40,021 bases of DNA, taken from the NCBI GenBank assembly GCA_029717555.1, contig JAMDHS010000130.1, positions 1-40,021 on the forward strand. The letters run 5' to 3'. Below the pieces are notes generated by a model. It was given only the letters and a program-made list of their open reading frames with translations, had not been told where the DNA came from and made no database searches. The DNA comes from Peribolospora baueri (Eukaryota). Shown here piece after piece: positions 11,005 through 21,186 of this stretch. The position numbers and the translations under genes are program-made. How positions within the stretch are numbered: the stretch's first letter is position 1; each line of letters opens with the position of its first letter.

Positions 11005-12245
11005 TCAAATCCCACGTCCACCGGTAACCTCGAGAGTGTGTCCGCTGACATAGCTCGCGAGCGGGCTGCAAAGGAAGAGCATCGCTGCTGCCGCCTCGTC
11101 CGCCGTGCCGACCCTGCCGAGGGGAACGTCCGGACTTCCCGAGTCCCCGCCGAGCTTCTTGGGAATGCCGAGGGCTATCGACTTGCCGTCCACGGTGATG
11201 GTCTCTCCACTTTCCTTCGCGCGTGTGAGGCGCGTGTCGATGCTACCGTAAGCGACGGTCTGTGGGAGACGATGGCCGATGGGCCGGTGTGGAGGTAGGA
11301 CGGATGGAAGAGTGAGAATGCGTGCAAATATGAGAGCTTTATAGAAAGTAATGGGAGGATCGCGGCGGGTACGGTAAATACGCACGTTGACGCGGACGCC
11401 GAAGGGACCCCACTCCTTGCAGACCGTCTTGGTGAGACCGGTGACTCCAGCCTGCACGAGTGCAAAGAAGATTTGATAGGAACGTATAAGTGACATGGCT
11501 AGCAGATCGCTTGTGAGCCGGACTTGCTTGTCTGCTTTGCGGGGCTGAATATGCCAGCAGACGAGCCGGGAGAGAAATATGCGATAAATGGGCTGACCTT
11601 GGCAACGGCGTAATTGACCTGTCCAACGTTGCCGTGCAGACCGCTGGTGGAGCTGACGTTGACAATTGACCTATCCTCCGTCCTGTCCTTGGGGTCCTTG
11701 ATGCGCATGTAAGGCGCGGCGGCGCGAATGAGCCGGAAGGGAGCGAGGGTGTGGACCTTTTGGATAAGCATGAACGTGTTGTCGTCCATGGTGTGACACA
11801 TCTTGTCGAAGGTGAAGCCGGCGTTGTTCACAATGTGGTTGATCTGAATATGGATGGGTGAGTTACAAAGCAAAATACGAGAGCAGTAAGAAAGAGCTCG
11901 GTCCATGCGAGGTACTCGTCTCCTCCCGTCCTTTCGCTCGCTCACCTTGCCATATTTGCCGATGCTGGCCTTGACGATCCTGTCGGGAAAATCATCCGCG
12001 GTGACGTCTCCAGCGACGCTGATTGCGTCCCCTCCAATGTTCTTGATCTCCTTCACCACTGCGTCGCCCTTCTTGGCGTCCAAATCGGACACAACGACCT
12101 TTGCTCCATGGGCTGCGAAGAGCAGGGCGGCAGAGCGTCCGATGCCCTGTCCGGAGCCAGTGATGATGGCAACGTGACCCTCGAGCAGGCGTGGAGGGTT
12201 CGGGCTGAGGTGCTTGGTCAGAGCGGCGAGGCGTTGGTCGGCCAT
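11005..12245 (-). CDS. Short-chain dehydrogenase/reductase (FabG-like classical SDR), 288 aa, 4 exons (12245-11946, 11843-11598, 11451-11386, 11259-11005), N-terminal PTS2 motif
   Basis: TGSGQGIG Rossmann motif, NNAG, NVSS, catalytic YAVAK, GVRVNTVAYG and ASYVSGHTLEVTGG. GT-AG introns join in frame (867 nt). Confidence 0.93.
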
Positions 12246-12662
12246 GGCTGCGATGAAAGGTTAGCGGGAGGAGGAGGAAGAGATGACTTTCAGAATCCAC
12301 GTCGACGGGGATGTTCTGACGAGGCTCGTGCGAGAGAGAGGTCTCCCCATGTCCCCGGCCTCCGCTGCGGGGTAAACCGTACACCGGCAAAGTCGAAAGC
12401 CGGCGCGGCCGAACCAAGCGCCCGCACAACAGGTAGGGTTACCGCGCGGGTGTCATGTGACCTCCACGTGGTGGTGGCCGTAGCTGGCCTCGCCGCCGAA
12501 CGATCCGTACGCAAGTCGGTTGGAGGAGCCAGCGGGGTTGATCAGCTCGCTCGCAGGCGTCATCACCACGTCTCTCCCTCGCACTTTCCTTCGTAGCATT
12601 TACGCATCTCCAGTTCCCCATCGACGCTAGGCGGTGATCCCACCGCGTAAGACCGGCCCGCC

Positions 12663-15600
12663 ATGGACGAGTCGGCAAAGGTGCTCTCGGAGTCCCTCAA
12701 CACGGTCAAGATCCAGCTCGTGCAGATGAAGCGATGTCTGGTGAGTGTGATCGTTGCTTTCGCCCCTGCCGCATCCACTCTTCCGTTCGAGAGAGGGAAG
12801 GGAGAGGGCGCAGATTTGAGTCTTGAAACGACTGAGAAAGTTGGAAGGGTGGTGCGCGCAACTCTATCGTTCAAGCGCCTGCTCACAACTGATCGATCTT
12901 CCCTCTGTTCCTTCCTGTTTCCCTCCGTGCGCTTCTTTGGACATCCTTGCCGTCTTCTCGCTTCCGTGCAAAAGGACTCGGACCAACTTATGGACGCTCT
13001 CAAGGCTGCTTCGACGATGCTTTCGGAGCTGCGGACCTCGAACCTGTCGCCGAAGAACTACTACGAGCTTTGTGAGTTGGCGGCCATCCCGGCTGGTATA
13101 TACGCGTCCGTCTGGGCTGCAGGGCTCCGTCGACGCGCTCTGACCTGGGCGTGCACCTTTCATCTGCATCTTTGTTATTCACAGACATGGCTGTGCACGA
13201 CGCACTCCGTTACCTCTCCACGTACCTCTATGACGCCCACACCACTTCCAAACACCACCTCGCCGACCTGTACGAGCTGGTCCAGTACGCCGGGAACATC
13301 GTCCCCCGTCTATACCTCATGATTACCGTCGGCTCCGTTTACATGTCTATCCCTGGCGCGCCCATCAAGGAGATCATGAAGGACCTCATGGAGATGAGTC
13401 GCGGCGTGCAGCATCCCATGAGGGGTCTGTTCCTACGGAATTACTTGAGCGGTGGGACTCGGGATTGGTTGCCAGCGGGAGGGGATCCGGAGAGGTGAGC
13501 TTTTCCCAGCCGTGCTCTTTGCAGTGCTGTTCCTACGGGAAACATAAATTTCGTACTCTTCGGTTCGTCTCTCATCCGCTTCCCCGGCGTTGTTCTCAGC
13601 GACGCCGGCTGTCTGCTCGACTCGATTGGATTCATTCTCACCAATTTCATCGAGATGAACAAGCTCTGGGTGCGCATGCAGCATCAGGGCCATTCACGCG
13701 ACCGCGAGAAGCGGGAAATGGAGCGACGCGAGCTGCGCCTTCTCGTTGGCACCAACCTCGTTCGGCTGAGCCAGCTCGATGGCGTAGACTTGGTCATGTA
13801 TCAGAGGACGATTCTTCCCAGCATCCTCGAGCAAGTAGTCAACTGCCGGGATCCCATCGCCCAGGAGTACTTGATGGAGGTGGTCATTCAGGTGATCTAA
13901 CGTTCCACGCCGAAGCGCAATTCAGGTCAACCTTGGTGCTGCCATGTTCATTCTACCCGACTCGCTCACCTGCTCGCTTGTTCCATGGCTGCCCCTCCAG
14001 GTCTTCCCCGACGACTTCCACTTGCGCACTCTTACACCCTTCCTCTCTGCATGTGCCTCGCTGCATCCCAAGGTCAACATCAAGTCGATCGTTATCAGCC
14101 TCATCGACCGCTTGGCGGCGTACGCTGCTCGAGAAGCCGAGACCGAGTCGCCCGAGGAGCAGAGGCGACAGGAGGAAGAGAGCAGACGGAAATTGGGCGA
14201 GAGGAGCAAGGAGGAGCGGAGCAAGCGAGAGAAAGTCCAGTTGCCCAAGGCGGACGAATGGGACGAGGTTCCCGTCAGCAGTGGCAGGGGCCTTTTTGGC
14301 ACTGCGGGCACCGAAGATGCCGCGGTGGAGGCGAAGAAGAGGAGAACAAGCACTGGTGCCTCGCTCGCTCCCAAGGCGCCGGCAGGCCCCAATGGACCTC
14401 AGGTGCCTTCAGCGGATCCTTCCGCACCAGGTGCTCCTTCCGTGAGCACACATGATGCCTTCAATGATGGTCAGCCGCCTTCGTCTCCGACTTCGCCGCT
14501 TCAACCCACTCACCGGACATCGACGCTCGCTTCCTTACCCGATGACGACGACCCGTGGGCCTCGTCGGCGTCGGCTCCTCGACCGCCTCCTGCCGACGAG
14601 AATGCGTGGGCAAGCAGCACTGACGGAACGAGCAGCAATGCAGTGGGGACGACGACGGACAGCGGCACGGCGGCGAGCATGACTGCGACGACTGCGGAGG
14701 GAGGTGACGGCGGCGCGGGGGCGGCTCATGGACAGGAGATGACGAGTGGCACGAACGCCGGGGCAACCAACCGAGGGGCGGACGAGGGACCAGTCACGCC
14801 TGTAAAGGGCGGCCAGTTTCCGTCCACTGGCAAGCTTAATGGAACTTCCGACGGTTCAGCGCCGGCGGATGGCGCTGGCGCTCAGGCGCCGCCGCAGGAG
14901 CAGGAGAAGGTGGAGGAAAAGCCGACGAAAAAGTTTAGAGGCATCCCGGACGACGTGAAGCTGTTCGAAGTCTTTTGGAGTCAGATAGTCGAGCTCGTCA
15001 AGGTGAGCGTGTGTTTACCTGCCCATCACCTGAGTTATCGTCAACGCCTAGCGTCCGAGCTGACTGACATTTGTGCACCTCCGTCACCTCACGCCGACAG
15101 GCTCGTCCCGACTTGTCCATCCAAGATATCACCGCTCTCTTGGTCTCTCTCGCCAATCTGAGCTTGAGCTGCTATCCAGACAAGCTCGAATACGTGGATC
15201 AGGTCCTGGCGTACGCGAGGCGAAAGTTCGCCGAATTCGAGGGAAAGTGAGCTGCCCCTCGAGGTTGATACCCGCACTCCTTCCTTGTACTTCTGATCGT
15301 CTAACGCTCGGTTGGTATTTCGGATGCAGCCCCGACCTTCACTCGCAGGTCACCACGCAGAACCTTCTCTCTCTCCTCCTCGCCCCCATCAATTCCTACA
15401 ACTCGGTTCTCACCTTGCTGGCTCTCCCGTCGTACCAGCCGTTGCTGCTCGTGCAGCCGTATGCTTCGCGAAGGTCGATCGCCCACGCCGTCGTTTCTTC
15501 GGCACTAAAGAACGAGACGGTGGTCGACACTCCGGAAGACGTCCAGGGCGTTCTCGAGCTAGCGGCTACTCTCATTCGGGACCAGAAGGACGCCGTGCCG

Positions 15601-17172
15601 CCGGGTGGACCTCAGGGTATGGGAGGCACGCATGGCGCGTACGGGCAATACGGTCAGCAGCCGTATGGCGGACAGAGGCCTTACTACAGTGGCGGCGGCC
15701 GAGGACGGCAGCATGGGCTGCAGCAACAGCATATGGAGTTGGAGGAGATGGCGGAAGAGCAAGGCTGGGTGGCAAGGATGGTTCATCTCTTCAAGGCCGA
15801 GGACCTGGAGACGCAGTTTAACGTGAGTCTGCGCCAGAGCTGTGCTCCGTCGAGCGAAATAGTGCGGCATTGACCTGACTTTATTGCTTTTCGCGCCTCC
15901 AGCTTTTGCAAATCGCCCGCAAGCACTTTACCGAGGGCGGCGAGCGCATTCGGTTCACTTTGCCGCCACTCATCGCGTCAGGCATCAAGCTTGCTCGGAG
16001 GTACAAGGCGCGGGAGCATGTTGTAAGTGTCTGCATGTTTGGGCTCGCTTATATCTCTGCGCTCGCATGTCTCCGTTCTTTGTTCACCGAACTTGCTTTT
16101 CGCTTTCGCAGGAACCCGAGTGGAAACCAAAGATGCTCACGCTCTTCAAATTTCTCCACCAAGTCATCTCGATCCTTTACAACCGTGTCGAGGCGTCGGA
16201 TATCTGCTTGCGACTGTTCCTGCTCGCAGCGCAGAGCGCCGACGAGTGCGGCTTTGAGGAGCTGGCGTACGAGTTTTACGTGCAGAGCTTCACCATCTAC
16301 GAGGAGAGCATCTCGGAGAGCCGGGCGCAGTTCCAGGCGATCACGACGATCATCGCCACGCTACAGACGGCGAGGGTGTTCGGCACAGACAACTACGACA
16401 CGCTCATCACCAAAGCGGCCCTTCACGGCGCCAAGCTGCTCAAAAAGCCTCACCAGGCTGCCGCGGTGATGATGGCCAGCCATCTGTGGTGGCAGACAGA
16501 GGTCGCCGGGCGGGAAGGCAAGGAAGACGGGGTGAGCCGAGGCTTGCGAGACGTCGCTGACAATGTACTGCCCAGTGGACGCGTGCTGACTCGCCCGCCC
16601 GTATGATGCGTATGCTTTTTTTCCAGCAACCGCCGTTCCGAGATGGGAAGCGAGTGCTCGAGTGCCTGCAGAAGGCGCTCCGCATCGCCAACTCTTGTAT
16701 CGAAGAGATCACTGCAGTACAGCTCTACTGCGACGCGCTGGACCAGTACTTGTACTACTTTGAGCGTCAGGTGGACGCGGTGAGTGGCGGCTACGCGTCG
16801 CGCCGTCCGTCCGGAGACGTGGCGAGGCTGACGGACGTGGATCATTTACGGGTGCCCATTATTCAGGTCACGCCAAAGTACATCAACTCGCTCGTGGAGC
16901 TCATCACGTCGAACATCGACTCGATCCAGACGGAGGACGTCCACCCGGCGTCGGCCGCGTCGGCCGGGTTCATAGAGGGCGGCAACACGCCAGAGGCGAT
17001 CATGCGACACTTCCGGAACACGCTGATTTACATCTCGAGCCGCAAGGAAGGCGCTGGACAGGCTCCGGTGAACGCCGAGGACGCGGCGGCGGCGGAGGGC
17101 ATCCAGCCCCGGTGGGACGAGATCGAGATCGCGGGGAGCCTGCTCAAGCTGGGCATCACGCCGCGGCCTTGA
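12663..17172 (+). CDS. VPS35: Vacuolar protein sorting-associated protein 35 (retromer cargo-recognition subunit), 11 exons
   Basis: Conserved motifs [109 protein letters not shown] and [17 protein letters not shown]. Predicted exons: 12663-12740, 12975-13071, 13185-13494, 13600-13891, 14001-15002, 15101-15246, 15330-15822, 15903-16022, 16112-16531, 16627-16779, 16867-17172. Confidence 0.97.
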
Positions 17173-17454
17173 GGGAGCGAGGCGAGACGAGGCGGATGTG
17201 TGGTTCTTGTTGTGTCGCTCGAGGTCCCTCCCAGGTCTCGTCCGTTCCATGCCGCCCCTTGTTCCAGCCCGTTCGATTGCTTCTTGCCACCCTTGTCGTC
17301 CAGCCGAAACGCGCTCATACCTCTTCTTCTTCCTCGGTAATGATCATGGTGATGACGACTACCGTTTTATCGTCCATACCCGAAGAAGCGTCCCTTTCTG
17401 CTCTCTCCGTCGAACCGCACCGGATAGAAAAAAAAAATTGAAAATAGGGCGACC

Positions 17455-17519
17455 GCGTGCGTGCGTGCGTAAGTAAGTAACTCGACATGCGCCCCCCGTC
17501 CGTCCGTCCGTCCGTCCGT
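17455..17519. repeat. Short tetranucleotide repeats (GTGC)n, (GTAA)n, (CCGT)n
   Basis: gcgtgcgtgcgtgcgtaagtaagtaa followed by ccgtccgtccgtccgtccgtccgt. Confidence 0.8.
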
Positions 17520-18196
17520 TTTGCCAGCGCCGCCAGGCGGCAACATCGATACGGCGGGAGAGAGGGGTCGGTCGTGTGGATCGTGCGCGGTCCGATCGAA
17601 TTCAGCGCTTCCTTTCCGTCCGTCCTTTGACAGCAACCACCACCCTTAAATCGATCGACCCGGCCAATCTGGGAGGGAGACTGCGTGCTTCTTCCCGCCC
17701 GCCCGCTCGCCGAGGACAAGCCATCATCCCCACCGACCGACCGAACGACGGCGGCGAGGGCGAGTGAGCGTGCTCGCCGACCACTCTCTTTTTCCTTCGT
17801 CTGGGCAAAACGTTGAAAAGGGACTGCCGGGTTGCGTTGCGCTCCTCCCTCCACCCTCCACGCCGCATGTAGGTGGGCGTACGTGCGTGTCATGACGGGG
17901 GTAGAGAGAGGGAGGGAAGGGATTGGTAGAACACCATCGAACCACGAGACCGCTCGCGCGCGTCCGAAAGGAAGTTTGGTTTTCCCGGGCCTGTCTTCTC
18001 GCTTTTCTTTTCCCATCGCCCGCCTCGTGACTTCCTTCATTCGTTCACCCGTCATACTGGAACTTTGGTTCGTGCGACCCTGCCCTGCGTATTTGCCTGC
18101 CTGCCTGCCTGCCTTCCTGGTCGGAGTCGGGTGTGGTGTGACCGCGCGAGCGAACGACCGCCGTGCCATTCGCTCATTTACCCCTCACTCCCACAC

Positions 18197-18288
18197 TCAT
18201 TTACTCGCTCACTCATTCATTTACTCATCCATCCATTCATTCATTCATCCATCCATTCATTCATTCATTCATCCATTCATTCATTCAT
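18197..18288. repeat. Imperfect (CATT/CATC)n microsatellite
   Basis: Run of tcat/ccat units, e.g. catccatccattcattcattcatccatccattcattcattcattcatcc. Confidence 0.92.
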
Positions 18289-19578
18289 CAACGCCGACCC
18301 ACACTGACCAGACCAGGCCAGACCAGGCCAGACCGTCAACATTCCCCCATTCCGGTATGCATTGCATTGCATGGCGCATGTGCGCATAGCATATAGTAGG
18401 TAGGCAGGTCGGTCGCTAGATAGATAGGTTGGAAACGACGTCCGAGGGTGTTGCCAACCGACCAACCGACCGACCGAAGATGTCGTCGTCGTCCCCTTCC
18501 TCCCTTCCTCCCGGCCGGCTCCGCTCTCCCTCTCCTTCTCGCTCGCTCGCTCGTGCGCATGTGATCGATTCCATTCGACCCAACCGACCGACCCCACACT
18601 CGACGTTCACCCGGTGCCTCGCCCGCTTGCCCCCTTTCCCGCCCTCCCCACGCCCCGCCCAGTCACAATCACATGTCGTGCCCTCCCATCTTCACCCACC
18701 CAGCCCGCAGGCACGAAAGGATGCGCGCACGTCGCCTGCGACCGGACGACGACAAGCGGAGATACTCCTTCTCAGACTCTGGCATTTCCCCGCGTGGACG
18801 CTTCGAGATAGCAATCCTGACAACGTCGATCGTGAGCTTGCGGCCATGGCCGATTAGAAGTACCAGATACAGTATCGACGGAGTTTTGGCAATACAGGGA
18901 CGGGCCTTTTCCGCAAAGGCGCACACGAGAAAGAGACGATGTCAAGGAGAACGAAAGGAAAGGAAAAGAGACGGACGGTGCGCATGGAAAAGACGACGAC
19001 AAACGACGACGACGACGAGTGTTCCGGAGCGAGAGGCGGTAAGAAAAAGGAATATCGACAGACGAAGGAATAACGGACAGATGAGAACCGGACCTGGCGA
19101 CGGTGGGCGTCGCGCCAGCTCGGTGGGTCATCGTGCTTGAAAGGTATATGCGGCGAGGGGGCGGGATGAATCGGTTTAGAGCGGACGGGCAGCGAGGCGG
19201 GGGATCGTGGTCGAGCGGCGGCGATGTTGGAACGGGCGGGGATGAAGATGAGACCGATGCTGTGTTGTCGCGATGACGAGGACGCTGGGTAGATGAGGCC
19301 GCAGTCGAGACAACGAAAGAGGGATGCACGGCGCACTTGCCCGTGGAAGAAAGAAAAAAAAGTCGAGCGAGACGGGGCGTGTGCGAATGGACGAAAGAGA
19401 AATCGGGACCGTTGGAGATGAGAGGTCGAGGACGATGCGACAGAGGCGGAGGTGACATAAACATAGACGTTACGGGTCGGGGTCCTCAGGCGGCGCACAG
19501 AGTCGGAAGAGGAGCCAGCCCCTCCCGCGGCGTCGCTCTCCCCTTTTCGAGAGGCTTCTCCAAAGCCGCGCCGGCGCC

Positions 19579-21186
19579 CTAGCTCCACGAGACGGCACTG
19601 GCGAGCATGACCGGCTGCGGGGGAGCCATCATGGCCTCCGAGCCCATGGGCATCGTGTTGGACGGGTCGCGCATCAGAGGCGTCGGCTTACTGCCGTTCG
19701 GGCTCGTCGATGCGCCATGAGAGCTGGTAGGCGGCCTGGACACGCCGTTGAGACCGAGGGCAGTGTGCGACGCCGTGTTGGCCTGGCCCACCGAACTTCT
19801 CCGCCTAGCGGTCATGGCCGCCCAAGGGCCCGAGAGATCCTTCTTGGGGCTCTCCGCGAGCATGGCAGCGCGGAAGTGCGTCTTGACGTGCTGCGCCAGG
19901 TTGTCCGTCCTGCTGAAGTACTTGCCGCAACCAGGCTGGGGACACCGGAAGGGCCTCTCCTGGGTGTGCGTGCGGTTGTGGCGCTTGAGGTGTTCGAGAC
20001 GCTTGAAGCGCTTGCCGCAATGACAAACGTGAAGCTTGTCGGCGCTGCTCACGATCAGCGGCGGCGGGCCGGGCTGGCGGAGGCGGCTGCGGGGCGTGTC
20101 TGGAAGGGAGGAGACGGAATCGGCGGGCGAGTGGAAAAAGCTGATCCTCGTCGGCGAGGCGCTGTGCGGCGGCGGGTACGGCAGGCCCGGGCTTGGCAGC
20201 GGTCTTCCGGCCAGGGACGTGGGCGAGACGGCGATGTTGGTCGGGCTGGCGAGGGGCGAGCAGCCGGATCCGGGAGAGGAGAAGGAGGGGTAGGCGAAGG
20301 GAGAGCCGTTGGCAAAGGCGGCGCGCTGGGAGAGGGGCGTCGAAGTGACGCCGCCGCACAAGCCCGAAGGTAAACTCTGGCTGTAGGAGAGCTGAGGGGC
20401 CATGGGACCTATGGGCGAACAGTGCGTGTTGTAAGGGAGAGGAGGAGCGTGAGCGGGCAAGCCGGAAGGCAACAGAGACACGGCTCCGTCGGCCTGCTGA
20501 TGCTGGTGACCGGTCATGGCCATGAGCGAGTGGTGGAGCGTGTCAGGGCCGGAAACGGGGGTGCATGGCATGCTGGCCGAGCCGCTAAAGAGGGGGCCGC
20601 CGAGGGGGGAAGAGAAGATGGGTCCGGGCCGGTTTTTGTCGTGGATGCCGGGAGTGACGGGATCGTAGGACGAGTTGGCGAGGGCAACGTCGATAGATGG
20701 GCTGGTCAGACTTCGTCGAGGGCCCTTGGATTGAAGCGGGGTCGAGATGGGAGGGGCAGAAAGCGAGTGCATAGAGCCAGGTAGACCGCGATGGGTGGGC
20801 TCGGGGGCGGCGTCGTCGATGCCAGCGTCGAAGCCGGAGAGGCTGGAGCCGCTGGTGGAGGTGCTGACGGTCATGGAGAGCGAGCCTTCGGCGGAAGAAG
20901 CGACCGAGTTGATGGACTCGCGGCGGTAGAGCTCGTGAGCGTGGGCGTGGGCGGCGGGCTCGAACGCGTCGGCGCCTGGGCCGTTGCGGCTGCCGAGGAG
21001 GGAGGATTCGGAGGGGTGAGGGGCGCGGTGAGGAGGACGAAGGCCAAAATCGAGGAGGCCGAGGGTGTTGTGCTGTTCGGGAGACGGGTACGAGCTGAAA
21101 GGGTCCGCGTTGGGCGGCGAGGGCTGGTCGGGCGATTTGGAAGGCTCGTGCTCGAAAGGGGGTTGAAGGGAGATGAAGGAATCCAT
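19579..21186 (-). CDS. C2H2 zinc-finger transcription factor with two Ste12-type fingers, 535 aa, apparently intronless
   Basis: Single 535-codon ORF. Fingers HVCHCGKRFKRLEHLKRHNRTH-TQERPF-RCPQPGCGKYFSRTDNLAQHVKTH at 19876-20031; the remainder is Ser/Pro-rich low complexity. Confidence 0.9.
   Translation of the reverse strand: MDSFISLQPPFEHEPSKSPDQPSPPNADPFSSYPSPEQHNTLGLLDFGLRPPHRAPHPSESSLLGSRNGPGADAFEPAAHAHAHELYRRESINSVASSAEGSLSMTVSTSTSGSSLSGFDAGIDDAAPEPTHRGLPGSMHSLSAPPISTPLQSKGPRRSLTSPSIDVALANSSYDPVTPGIHDKNRPGPIFSSPLGGPLFSGSASMPCTPVSGPDTLHHSLMAMTGHQHQQADGAVSLLPSGLPAHAPPLPYNTHCSPIGPMAPQLSYSQSLPSGLCGGVTSTPLSQRAAFANGSPFAYPSFSSPGSGCSPLASPTNIAVSPTSLAGRPLPSPGLPYPPPHSASPTRISFFHSPADSVSSLPDTPRSRLRQPGPPPLIVSSADKLHVCHCGKRFKRLEHLKRHNRTHTQERPFRCPQPGCGKYFSRTDNLAQHVKTHFRAAMLAESPKKDLSGPWAAMTARRRSSVGQANTASHTALGLNGVSRPPTSSHGASTSPNGSKPTPLMRDPSNTMPMGSEAMMAPPQPVMLASAVSWS

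Noticed and set aside
18197..18335. Repeat cluster considered as a CRISPR-like or telomeric array
   Set aside because: Units are 4-10 nt simple repeats without unique spacers or TTAGGG-type units; eukaryotic context, no cas genes.
17315..19588. Numerous 60-280 aa ORFs between VPS35 and the C2H2 gene
   Set aside because: They translate microsatellites and GC-rich sequence (e.g. HSFIHSFIH, Arg/Pro/Ser runs); stop-poor frames are expected at this composition.
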